Below are positions 48,391 through 60,068 of a stretch of DNA of 64,000 bases, one piece after another; position 1 is the first letter of the stretch, and the number at the start of each line of letters is the position of its first letter. The stretch is from Schizochytrium sp. TIO01 (taxonomy: Eukaryota > Protista > Bigyra: Labyrinthulomycetes), in the NCBI GenBank assembly GCA_004764695.1, contig SMSO01000014.1:2909648-2973647 (forward strand). Direction: 5' to 3'. The translations under genes were made by a program, and so were the position numbers. The notes under the pieces were generated by a model. It ran no database searches. It saw only the letters and a list, made by a program, of their open reading frames with translations, and was not told the origin of the DNA.

Positions 48391-48709
48391 GCGTGCTAAT
48401 CGTGTTAGGGCGAACACAAACTTGAAAAGTTTTCATCAAAAGATATCAATCTCAGAGACTCTTGACTGCAGAAGAGGTCTTCTCGTATTTCGAGGCTATA
48501 CTTGGTTGCCTTCACTCTGTGACTAATTCAATTTGTCACTTTAGTGGTGCGTGTGCAATTCAGGTTTTTCTACTTGCGACAAATTCCAGCATCAACTCGT
48601 CACCTAGCCTCACGCAAAGGGAATTCTTTGCTCCTATTTGACAAAAAAATTTGCGGAAAGAAGCCAGAGACTACTACCCTGAGCTTCTTTTCAAAGACAG
48701 TAAAACAGA

Positions 48710-50191
48710 ATGGTGCTCAATCGTAAAGAAGCCCTCATTAAGGAGGTCGAGCTGGCCAATGATGCAAAATCCATCCGTGTTTCTTATAAGATTGCAATTG
48801 TTGCATCCCTTGTTCTTATGTTTTTTGTTGCTCTCACCATAGCCCCAAGCCCACTACCCACGTCCTCCAATCTCCGTGAATCTAGTTTATTTATTATCGA
48901 GCTAAACTCCCCGAGTTCAAAACCGTACCATCCGGAGCAGGTAGACATTACCAACGAGGTACCATGTGGTGTTGCGACCTCAACAAAACAACTCAACGAT
49001 GCTTCCAATGCACGCAACATTTCCGATTTCGCTCGCATAGTCAAACGGCCCGAGGACAACTTTGTGACCGTCACATTTGCGTCGTATTCTTATCGTGATG
49101 CTCTTATCAATTGGATGCTTACAGCTGAGCGTGCGAAAATTCGCTCGGTCGTTGTGGTGTGTCTAGATGATCAACTTCAGGAGTACCTCTACGAGCGAGG
49201 TGTACCATGCTTCCATGCCTATGCTGGTCGTAATGAAGAAGAAAACGAAAAGATTACTCCAATGAACGACAAAAGCGATGCGTATGATGAAGTAGAGGGT
49301 TCTTATGATGAAGCCACCAACTCAAACAATAAAGAGCACGCCCACGTTGTTCACGAAGCGCCATCCCAACTCAGCCAAGAAACAATTCATGATCTTTGGG
49401 TGATGCGTGTATCGCTCCTGAGCCAGATAATTCATTCCGGTATGGATGTGCTGTTTTCTGATCTTGACGTTGTTATTTTACAAGATCCAAGACCTCTGTT
49501 TGAGAAAGCTGAAGTAGTTGCTTCCCGCGGCAAGTTCCCAAGCGAAGTACGCGTCAGCTGGGGATCCACTGTGTGCATGGGATTTGCCTATTTTAAATCA
49601 ACACCCAATGTCAAGGACCTTCTAGAAAAGATGGTTGAAATGACTAAGACTCGACACGATGATCAAGTTGCAGTCAACTATGTTTTACGTGATATTCTCG
49701 GCGAGGATCCGGAAAAAGTATGGGGGAGAAGATCCAGTAGTAGGGATCCAAAACACGCAGTGTCCCAAATTTCAGGCAAAATTAAGGTCGTGATCCTTTC
49801 TGCGTACTCCTTGCCGCGCTTCTGCAATATGCTTTCTCCAAAAGATTGGAACTCTGATGTTATAGCAGCTCATTGTCGTCCTAACAGCTTCATGCGTGTT
49901 GATAATGTTGACAAAGGTAGCGAAATGAATCGTGATATTGCGATGGAACGCTATCAACTTTTCTGCGATACGGATGCTCTCCAAGGCAAACGTGCTGGTG
50001 GATGGTTTACAGTTGGGAAGGGACGTTCAGAACGCATGCGCTTCGTGGACCCGGACCCTTCTGTCATGCTTATCGCAGCCCAAACGCCAACAGGGCGCAA
50101 GGCATTTGCTGAATGGCTGTCGTCGCATTCTAAAACCTGCGACTTTGCTTCATTTGCCTCAAAACCCGGTACTCGCGATTTCTTTTCATGA
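48710..50191 (+). CDS. Nucleotide-diphospho-sugar transferase (GT77-like, Nucleotid_trans), type II membrane protein, 493 aa
   Basis: N-terminal TM (IAIVASLVLMFFVALTIA); VTFASYSYRDALINW; VVVVCLDD; GMDVLFSDLDVVILQDP (DxD); CMGFAYFKST; DDQVAVN; HC. Confidence 0.85.
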   Translation: MVLNRKEALIKEVELANDAKSIRVSYKIAIVASLVLMFFVALTIAPSPLPTSSNLRESSLFIIELNSPSSKPYHPEQVDITNEVPCGVATSTKQLNDASNARNISDFARIVKRPEDNFVTVTFASYSYRDALINWMLTAERAKIRSVVVVCLDDQLQEYLYERGVPCFHAYAGRNEEENEKITPMNDKSDAYDEVEGSYDEATNSNNKEHAHVVHEAPSQLSQETIHDLWVMRVSLLSQIIHSGMDVLFSDLDVVILQDPRPLFEKAEVVASRGKFPSEVRVSWGSTVCMGFAYFKSTPNVKDLLEKMVEMTKTRHDDQVAVNYVLRDILGEDPEKVWGRRSSSRDPKHAVSQISGKIKVVILSAYSLPRFCNMLSPKDWNSDVIAAHCRPNSFMRVDNVDKGSEMNRDIAMERYQLFCDTDALQGKRAGGWFTVGKGRSERMRFVDPDPSVMLIAAQTPTGRKAFAEWLSSHSKTCDFASFASKPGTRDFFS

Positions 50192-50835
50192 ATTGATTCG
50201 ACCTAACCTTGCTTTTGGATTGTGAAGTCATGTTTTAAGTCCTTAGAATGAGACATAATTTTTCTGTTTACTTCCATTAGCCGGCGAGTTCTATCAGATC
50301 ATACGGTACACTTCTGATGCTTATGGTATGTTTGTATTGTACCTCACTTGGCAGGTACAATAACCAAGGCCTGCCAAGCACTCGTATCATAAAGGTTGAT
50401 TAGAATTTAATACCTGAATAATCAGCTGAGACTGCTACGAAATATTTCTTTCCTAGAATGCCATCACAGAAGCTACCTCGTGCATCTGCAAAATTGTTCT
50501 CCATTGAGGATTACAATGCAAAACAAAACGCACATGTGCCCTGCCTCTTCTCCCTTTTCTTCTCAGTCACCAATAATAACAATAACTTCTAGCTACCCGA
50601 ACATAGATTATATAAGAAAAACACAGCTAAACATCTATTTTGTTTGTGGAGTTTAAAAATGCCTATCAACAACACGAAAAAAGAACTATCCCAACGCAGA
50701 CCGCGGGATCGACTCTGGCAATCAAGATTGCGCCTTTACTTCATATGAATATTTTTTTCTTGAGTCTAATGTAAGCAGGGTCAATGTATGTTGAGATACT
50801 AGTCACGATAGAATCCAGGGAAACCTAGAGATGAC

Positions 50836-50922
50836 AACTATCATATTCCAATAACGACCTGAATCTATGTTAACACTTTAACTATCATATTCCAATAAAT
50901 GACTTGAATCTATGTTAGCACT
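50836..50922. repeat. Imperfect ~44-bp tandem duplication
   Basis: aactatcatattccaataacgacctgaatctatgttaacacttt followed by aactatcatattccaataaatgacttgaatctatgttagcact. Confidence 0.9.
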
Positions 50923-53773
50923 AACATTCTCAACTTCTTTCCTTTTCAACTGTCAAAACGTGGATCTTCTCCTCAACTACTCTTCTAAAAAATTGGCAAG
51001 GTGTTTTGTTTTTTTGCAGGGCGACGACTATATGCCCTATGCTCTTTCGAGTGGTAATTTTAGTAGGTGGGTGAAAACCGCCTCCTAAACCTTCTGAACT
51101 TATCCCTACAAAATCAAATTTCTCCGTGCCGGAAATACGCACGAGGATAAATGTGTTTGCCTGAACCAGTAGCTTACAAGGATACTCTGCCTTATTCCTT
51201 TTTCATAGTACCTGCCATCCTCATTGAAAAGCAATACTCGAACCCGCGTGTTGATATGTCTCAAATCACGTATCTTGCCTCTTCAGATTGTGTAAGAAAC
51301 AAATTCAAATATATCAAAATTCCTTCAAACTCTACTCGATAGATTTGATCAATTTCCTAACCTGCATCGTTGTGTAAAAGGATCTATATTGCTAGTTTCG
51401 AAAGTAATTTATCACAAGTCTCTTCGTCCATTGCAAAAGTCATGGTCTTCTTTTAACCATTTCAAAAAGCTAGGGGAACCCACACTGCGTAGAGTCGACT
51501 TTAGGATCCACACATCTAAGTACGAAAACATAAAATTCCAAGACACACCCATGCATAGGCCTATGTAATTATTGAAATCAATGGCTTGTTGTCAAACTCG
51601 TTCTAGTCTTGTGAAGGTGCACATGATAGTGACCTCCATCAATTAAGAACGAAAACTCGGTATCCTACTATCCTATCTACATCCGCTTCTAGGCAGTTAA
51701 TATTCTCAATTTACTAGCTAGAAATGGAGAATTGGCCATGCGATGTATGTACCTGAGTGCTCGGTCCCAGAATAAATAGAGCCTGAAGTATCAAAACCTA
51801 CCTTCTTTGTATCAGACATCACCAAGCCGACCGAGCCTAGCCTGCCACAGCTTCTTCAGCATTCGCTTCAGAATTCCAAGCAGACAGCACATGTATAGGT
51901 ACCTATACATACCTAAGGTACCTGGGATCAATCAATCTCTCCAAAATCGGCACTTCAATTCTTGCCTATGTAGTTACAGGTTTCCACCTACCTACCTACC
52001 TACCTACCTTTGAAGGTAGGGAAAAGCGAGCTTTCGTTCCTTTGTTTATGCGTTATAAATATATATAGATAGCAGCCAAAGAAACATACCTTCAGGTTAT
52101 TCAATCTGAATAGTTGCATGCATTTACTTCTCTCATGATGGTGATCAACATTGTTGTTGTCGAGCTGTGTATGCGGGTGGGCCAATCCGAATGGAATAGA
52201 ATGAGATCGTCCTTGCAGATATAGCTGGACTATGCATTCTGAACAATACTGCCTCTGCCGTTACTAATTCAGTCTCTGTCGGTTATATTGAATCTCTTTG
52301 ATTATGTTGGTCTCATGTAGATTCTTGGTCTGCTTCGGCGGGCTGAGTCGAGCGAGTCGCTGTCGTTCATGTGTTGCTGCATCGCTCCATGCATTGCTTC
52401 ATTCACTGCTTTGCTCATTGCTTCATTCATTTGGCTGCCTGCGTAAACTTACGTCGCTCGAAATCAAGCCGATCGCGGCACCTCTGGAAGGAGGAAAGCA
52501 CGTGGAAAATGAATGAATGGAAGGAAGCCTATTAGAGTCTGTGCAAGTAAGAGTGCTTAGCTCACTCTACAGGCAAGCGCTGGGAACGTGCAGAAAGTAA
52601 ATAAGTAAGTGAGTAAGAAAGAAAGTACAAAAGACCTAAAATAACGATCTGCACTTACCTGCGTATTAGTCTTCTATGGTTTCATTTCTTTCTCTTGTTT
52701 TTTAGTTCTTGGAGTAATAAAAGTTTGAGAAACAGCATAAAACTTGGGTTGTTGTTGTTTGTTGTTGTTGTTGTTGTTGTGGAGGGCCCTGCTTCAGGCA
52801 CAGACAGCCATTGGTCTTGCTATGTCGAAGAGACGTTTGAAGCTTCAATGAGAATCAGAGTGTTGGGCAAAGAAGCACCGATCAAGGCGTGAACAACTGG
52901 AATCAGCAATATTGAAAATGCCTTCAAGTTGAAACCTCCTATTACCTGATACACCTTCCGACTCCTTTATATGGATGCGTTGAGCCGATATCCGAGTAGG
53001 CTCATAGCTATAGAGAGATAGAGTTTACTGATAGTGGTACTGGACTTTCAGTGCTGTAAATATTTGAGATAGAATACTAAAAGTAGTGAAGTTGAGGGTA
53101 TCTATTATGGAATGGATAGATATAGATTTCACAAGAAAAAGGCACATCGCAGAGGTGGGCTACTGTTAATAGTAGCTACGGTCCTATCTGTCCGCAAGTG
53201 GAGTCGGAGAAAGAAAGAGAAGAGAGAAAGAGAAAGGAGAGAAAGTGATGAAAGAAGGCGATGCCTCGAAAAGAAATGGCGAGGCTCACACGGCAATGCA
53301 ATGCGGATGTGCCTACATATCCCTGGTAGGTGCGTGCAAAACAAACTGCAAGAGACGAAGTTTAACTATCTGAGTTTGTGATTGACACATCGTTGGAAGA
53401 AGAATGTTTCAAGTTCATGTTTTTTTGGTTTTTTTAATTAAATTAAATAAAAAGAAGTAGCCCAAGTGACGTAGTAGTATGACTACTTAATAAATAGAAA
53501 AAAAAGAGTGTCTAGTTTCTTACTCCAGGTGGTGTAAAAAATGTGACGAAAAGGGGCATATAACTCACAATGAATGGCAATTGCAGAATTGGTCCAAGGC
53601 GTAGCTTGGCGTGCAAACTCTCTCTACGCACTCTTGCAAAGTCTGGAGGGTTGAACTTTGACCTTCTCTGGCGGACCTGAGGGCGGCCCAAGGCTTTGGC
53701 CTCCGAGACTAGTTGTTGGGTCTCGTTAAGAACAGCTGCTCCGAAAGCTGGCGCTCAGCCCACGATCTGAAGT

Positions 53774-53794
53774 TGTAGCTGCTTTGAAGAGCTG
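53774..53794 (+). promoter_or_regulatory. Conserved upstream element of glycosyltransferase paralog 2
   Basis: tgtagctgctttgaagagctg, matching 48370-48390; ctgcagaaga follows in both copies. Confidence 0.55.
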
Positions 53795-54038
53795 AAGGTC
53801 CTGCAGAAGATTTTTCGAGATAGAACGTCTTACTTCTAATACACAGAGTCAGATAAGGACAATTCTGCGATTCTCTCTTGGGTTGCTACATTCGTTTTTA
53901 GTGCATAGGGGAAACCTGGGGATTTAGATTAGCGGCAAATCCTTGGTACGACCAACGGTCTCAATTCATTCTGGGCGTTGTGTCCGTAAGTCCCAGAGGA
54001 TTTCACCTTTGACCACGTGTTAACTTATTGCAGGACAG

Positions 54039-55538
54039 ATGGGGATAAATACCAAGACACAATTTGATGATCCGGAACCCTTGGAATCTCAAAGCTCCTG
54101 GACAAAGTCTAGCCGCCTTGTAGTAGCTGCACTTGTGTTGCTCTTCATTGCCCTCGCCTTTGCGTTAAGTCCACTCAATGGTTCACCTTCGACACAAGGT
54201 GAAGAAGGCTTTCTTCTCCGTGCCAAAGCAGAAACACTTGGAAATTCTGTGGACGAATCACATCTTCCGGTTTGGAAGCAAAGTGGATTCGTTTTGCCGC
54301 CTCTTGATCTCACGCACCCTCCTTGCGCAGTGGCAGCCTCCAGTAAAGATCTAGTTGCTGCTAATCGAGCAATGAACATTGTCGATTTTGCGAGAATCGT
54401 GAAGAGAGATACTGATGCCTTCGTTACTGTAACCTTTGCATCTTATTCGTATAGAGATACCCTGGTGAACTGGCTTCTCACTAGTGAACGTGCAGCTATT
54501 CGCTCAGTTCTTATTGTGTGTCTTGATGATCAACTACAGCAGTTCCTTTTTGACCGTGGCATCCCTTGTTTCCATGCTTATGATACTCAGGCCATAACTT
54601 TAGCCGATGATACGGATCCTATCACAGATGACTATAATGCAAACGCAGATACGGATTCTGACAATGCTGCAACTACATCTGATCATAGTGACGGTGAACA
54701 CAAATTAGACAAAGAGCAAATCCATCAACTCTGGGTTATGCGTGTCCACTACCTGAGTAGCCTTTTGCACAGTGGAATTGACGTGCTCTTCTCAGATCTT
54801 GATGCTGCGATCTTGCAAGACCCGAGACCTCTATTTGATCAGGCGGATATTGTGGCTTCAAGAGGTCGTTTTCCTCACTCTGTGGGAGGAAAATGGGGCT
54901 CTACTATCTGCATGGGATTTGCTTACTTTAAAGCAACTGAAAACGTGAAGAAGGTTGTGGAGAACATGATGCAAATCACAAAGGCTCACCAAGACGACCA
55001 GGTTGCTGTCAACCTTGCACTCAAAAACCATCTGGGATCGAATCCTGAGCATGTTTGGGGAAGACGAATCGGACTTAGTGAACCTTTACATGCCATTTCA
55101 CGCATCCCCGGCAAAGCCAAGGTCATAATTCTTTCACACTATGCCCTGCCTCGCTTCTGCAGTTACCTTCGACCCAGGGACTGGAACGCTGACATCCTGG
55201 CTGCTCATTGCCGTCTTAGCCATGCCCAGCGGGTGGCATTGCCTGCCAAGGACCGCGAGCTCAATCGTGATATTGCAATGGAGCGTTGGGATGTCTTCTG
55301 TGATAGGGAAGCCCTTAAAGGTAAACGTGCAAGCAGCTATGAGGTGTTTCTGCGCGATGGTGTTGAACGTATGAAGTTCCACGATCCCAACCCCGAGGTA
55401 ATGTTTATTGCTGCAGAAGCCCCTAGTGGCCATGAAGAATTCGCAACTTGGCTGCGCACCAATGCAAGGACTTGTGACTATGCTTCGTTTTTAAATAAAG
55501 CCGGCATCCGTGATTTCTTTGCCGAAGAAAATGTCTGA
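54039..55538 (+). CDS. Nucleotide-diphospho-sugar transferase (GT77-like), tandem paralog of 48710..50191, 499 aa
   Basis: TM LVVAALVLLFIALAFAL; VTFASYSYRDTLVNW; GIDVLFSDLDAAILQDPRPLF; CMGFAYFKAT; DDQVAVN; NRDIAMER. Colinear with paralog 1. Confidence 0.85.
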   Translation: MGINTKTQFDDPEPLESQSSWTKSSRLVVAALVLLFIALAFALSPLNGSPSTQGEEGFLLRAKAETLGNSVDESHLPVWKQSGFVLPPLDLTHPPCAVAASSKDLVAANRAMNIVDFARIVKRDTDAFVTVTFASYSYRDTLVNWLLTSERAAIRSVLIVCLDDQLQQFLFDRGIPCFHAYDTQAITLADDTDPITDDYNANADTDSDNAATTSDHSDGEHKLDKEQIHQLWVMRVHYLSSLLHSGIDVLFSDLDAAILQDPRPLFDQADIVASRGRFPHSVGGKWGSTICMGFAYFKATENVKKVVENMMQITKAHQDDQVAVNLALKNHLGSNPEHVWGRRIGLSEPLHAISRIPGKAKVIILSHYALPRFCSYLRPRDWNADILAAHCRLSHAQRVALPAKDRELNRDIAMERWDVFCDREALKGKRASSYEVFLRDGVERMKFHDPNPEVMFIAAEAPSGHEEFATWLRTNARTCDYASFLNKAGIRDFFAEENV

Positions 55539-56325
55539 TAAATCTGACATTTTGCACTGAGACTAGTGAGTACACTCTTTCATGCCAGCATCCGTAAGAT
55601 TCAACTTATCATAAACGCAGAGATGGTATGTATCTTCCCATCTGCTGAGTACTCTGAATCCCGATTCATCTCTTGTAATTGACATATTTTCTTTCCTATA
55701 AAGCTTTTGTGGAGGTTTCTTTACAATTCTTGCGAAGAAAATCACTTTTTAAAATACAGACGCAACTTTCCTTTTCTACTACCGAGTTTCTCTTCTATTT
55801 TTATCCTCACGAAGTTTTTTTTTTTTTTTTTTTTTGCGAGATATCTCTCGAGAATCAATGACTATGACCTGTTCAAGGTTTTTATTGATTTCAACTTTGC
55901 TCACAACTTAAATTAAAAAAAATAAAAAAAGGAATACAAAATCGAGAATTAAAAGAGTTTTCGATTTTGAGTTCAAATACCTACCTCAATTGCCACCCTC
56001 TGCTTTCAGTCGACGCAAACATTACCTTGCTAGCATTTGCAAACCTATCCACTCCTTGCGGTTACCTTTTTGATGTTGATTAATCTGTTATATCTTTTGA
56101 GAGGTCACGAGCGACTTCGATTAGTAAGAAGTGATATGATGATATAAATGATGGGGGAACTGAGTAGCTTTATATATAACTCTATTGGCAACCAGCATCA
56201 GCAAACACAAACAAGCTCACCTTGAACTTTGATTGACTTAGCCTGTGGATGATGAACTGTCACTTGACTGCCTTTGTGATTGTTGACTCCAAAGTTCTTG
56301 TTTCCACTTTCTTGCTTCAGCTTCT

Positions 56326-59300
56326 ATGAGCAAGATAGTTGAGATCGAAGATGGAAAGGCTCCAGGGGGATCAGACGAGACCGAGTTGAGCGCAACGGAC
56401 GCAGTTGATAAGGAATTTGCCAACTTACTTGAATTTGCTGACCTTGTGGAGGAGGCAGCTACAGAGTTTGTAAGAGGTGGCGTTAGTGCTGACGAAGATT
56501 TGGACAATGCAACCAAATCAGACCTTCAACGCAACTATGCTGAGCTCTCGAACTATAGCAATCACCGCTCATCCGTGGATCCAGCGTATTCAGCGGCTAC
56601 ACAAGAGGCCGATGCTGCGCCTTTCTTTCATGGAACCCTGCCTCAAGCCCCAAATCCTGTTGTAGATGATAAGAGCACGACTAAGGATCACGAGAAGCAA
56701 GGTGCTGAATTACAACACCAGACTTTGAACAAACTTGAGGCGATGGTTACTTCACAGAACAAGAAGGTTTCTATCACAGAACGAAAAGTAGATACTGGAC
56801 AACTTCCACGTGGAAATGCCTCTGTCGAGGTGGGGAGTATGCCACATCCATTAGTCCCTATTGTACGCACCTTAGAGACGCAAATCATACATACTCAACC
56901 AGAGGAAGACGAAGGAGAAGACAGTACCCGATATGTCGAGCAAACTCTAGCGATTGACGATTTCGGCCGAAACGATGATGATGGTAATGATGATGATAAT
57001 GATGATGAAAATTGCGTAGGAGAAAATCAGGCAAAACAAGACAACACTGGTTTGGAAGATCACCAGGGCGATGTACTACGAAGTTCGTATGATTTAGATA
57101 GACAATCATCGTCAGTTAATCATACGAATCCGAATAACAGAGACTTTCTGCAAAGAATCTCGATTCCACATGGGAAGATCGAGGATGTTGACTTGCGAAA
57201 TGGGCCCTGTAAACAAACCAACAGCATCAACCAAGATAGTACCGCCTCTCACATTGCTTCGGAGCAAACGGTATATCCAAATCCAGGCCAGAATTCTAAG
57301 AAAGAAAATAAAGAGAAAGGTATTCAAGTTGAGTCAAAATTAGAAATTAAGAAAGGCAAAGCTCAGAATACAGCTGGCTATTTAGCCAAGTCGGCGTCAC
57401 AACAGACCAGAACTATTCTTGGGCAAATTGTCGATTATTTCCCAGGCTCTATTCCATCAACCTTTGATGAAGAGGCCGAGGAGGAGGAGGAGGAGGAGGA
57501 GGAGAAATGTTAGATCTTGTTGAGGTAGAAAACGATTTGATCCTTCCAGAGCAGTTGAACAAGACAAATATATCCACTGTTCACTCTGCTGCTGCTCGCG
57601 CAAGTGCTAGGGAAGAAACGAACTACCATGCACGAGGCACACGCCCACCAGGGGGAGGAAGGGCTGGCGGAAGTGAAAGCGTTGCAATAGGCCAACCTCA
57701 AGTGTCGAGTGATGGTCATCAAAGCCTCAATGTAAACACTCCCTTGGTGCATTCGCACCTGCTTACAGATATAATTCCTCGGCCTGAATATGGGAACAAC
57801 TCAAAAGGCTATGAAGGATTGAAACGAAAAGCCTTTCCATACGATGAAGAAGGTGAACCCGCTTTCCCTCCTCCTCCTAAATCCACATCCACGCAGCAGT
57901 CACTAAGAAGTTTCTCATCATCAGGATCACAGGATTCCGCATTTAAAAATGCTATGAAAAAAGCGGGCGAAAATTCACAGGGTTCTTCCCAGTCAAATTT
58001 GTTCGCGCGAACACCCCCTGGATCCCAACAGCAAGGTGAGCCAGGAGGAAACTTAGTATCAGTGACCTGCTCATCCCTATCTACCCCAAAACATCAAAAT
58101 CCTGCTGAGAGTATTTTGAGTAGTGAGGAAGAGGGTGTTAGTTTTGCAAGCCCATCATCAACAAAGGGTGGATCAAGTAATGGCCGCACAGCTGTTTCAC
58201 CATATGTAGCAATGTCTCAGAGGACCTATCGCAGCGCGGGCGAGAATCTATGGGATGATGTGCCTATGTTCAGTGAGCATTGTTCAGCTGATGAAGTATT
58301 AAGCCAACTTATAATTAGTCGAAAAACACGAAGAAGTTTGACGCCTCCTGCAAACCGTTTGCAATCTGAGTGGCTAAAGACTATTTGGGTTCTGGGATTT
58401 CAGTTACCATGTTCAGGACCTATGTTACAATACGCTCTGGGACTGGCTGCTGTCACATATGCTAACTGTACAGGTACGCATGAATTTCAAATGATACCAT
58501 CAAATGTTCCGGAGGGAATCATGCCAGCAGTTCATCGAGATCTTTGTCGTTTTTTCTCAGTATTTTCTTTCGAGGAAAGGCGCCGTATACGTCGCCTATT
58601 GTGCATCCCTGGGATGACGTTTCAGGATGCACAGTTCTTGGTTCGTCTGTATGGGCCAGACGTTATGGGATCTCAGGAGAGTATGAATAGTGTAAAGGCA
58701 ATGCATGGATTGACAGCTTTAGAAAAAATTAGCATGCTCGCCGCTATTCAAGACAAATCTTTTCATGATCTCAGCCTTGACGTGCCAGACAAATTAGTGT
58801 CTCAAACCAGTAATGCACAAGAAGAACAAGAAAAAATGGATTTTCTTAATGTGCACGACTTCCTTTCTCGTGTTAACTTTGCGGAAGAATCTTTTGAGGT
58901 AAACTTTGTTCAAGTTCCAGAGATATGGCAGAGTGTCCATCAGCAAGTCCTCATATGTCTCCATGGTAACGCAACTTTTGATGATGTACTTGAAGAGCTT
59001 GTTCTGCGTTGGGACTTAATTTCTGCAGGCCCCTTAGGAATTCAACGAAACGTTGGATATATGGAGGAAGTAAATAATGCTGGGCAATGTGTAACGCTTT
59101 GGCGTGCACTTGGGGTACACCGAAGCAGTCAATCTGACCATCATCACATTGTTGTGGACATGATATTTGTACGCGAGTCATGGAAGATGAATGAGAGTTA
59201 TCAATCGAAGGCAGGATTTGCAAGTGAATCTTCTTTACTGCTCAAACCGGTCAAAGCGATCTCAATTGCAGAGCTTCTGAAACTATATTACCGATCTCGT

Positions 59301-59495
59301 TCCAGTCGAATCAGCTTAGTTGAACGAAAAGCTTCCGCGCAGGCAATTTCCACTCTACAGCAACAACTCCAGCTTCGCTTCCCAGATGTCATCTCAACTT
59401 TGCGTCAATTTCTTGCGCTGGTACCAAATTCATCAAAACAAAAAACTAAAACAGAGGAAGCTCCCAAATCGTCTTCCTCAAGCTTGGACGCTTAA
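56326..59495 (+). CDS. Hypothetical protein (~1,056 aa) with a long acidic/Ser-rich disordered N-terminal half and a globular C-terminal region; probably one gene split by a -1 frameshift at ~57505
   Basis: ORFs 56326..57513 and 57507..59495 abut at the end of a (GAG)n run (...gaggagaaATGtTAG). Adding one G reads EEEE-E-MLDLVE continuously. No recognisable domain. Confidence 0.65.
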
Positions 59496-60068
59496 CAAGT
59501 GCTGCTTAGACTTGAACCACAAGTAATAACAAAGGTTGGACAGTAAATAGCATGCTGAGTGAGTCAAATATGAGTAGAATGACGCACACATTTGGTTGAG
59601 AGGTTAAAAAGGACACATGGAATCTTATATCTCTAAGTGCAGCTTATTAGAAAATACGTACCATTTAGCATACCTTTGAAGAACGAAACAAGAAGAAGCA
59701 ATGGAATAAAGTTGATTTTCCAACTATTAGTATCGATGCCTTTAAAAAATAAATAATCGGGAAGCTATTTTAAAATTATATAGACGAAGAAGAGAGCAAT
59801 CCCAGAGCTGATATATAATTTTCTGCACTTGAAAGTTAGGAAACCATCAAAAACGAAGATGCAGGAAAGAGTGAGGAAAGGTTTGAATCGTGGGCATGAA
59901 GCAACAGGTACTGCAACAGTTTATGCTAGAGACGCCACCCAAAAGTAAAAAATAATATAACGGTGGGCAAAGCAAAAAATACAACATAAGCAAGGGCACC
60001 AAAAACATGACATTCTTTTTTTTGCGGTTGATATTGTAATAATAGACATGCATTGCAATTTGATGAAA

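Noticed and set aside
50695-50720. GAGTCGATCCCGCGG on the - strand as a tRNA T-arm
   Set aside because: Lacks the TTC loop, and no D or anticodon arm can be formed.
52653-52661. ACTTACCTG resembling the U1 snRNA 5' end (or a splice donor on the - strand)
   Set aside because: No U1 stem-loops or Sm site, and no flanking exon identified.
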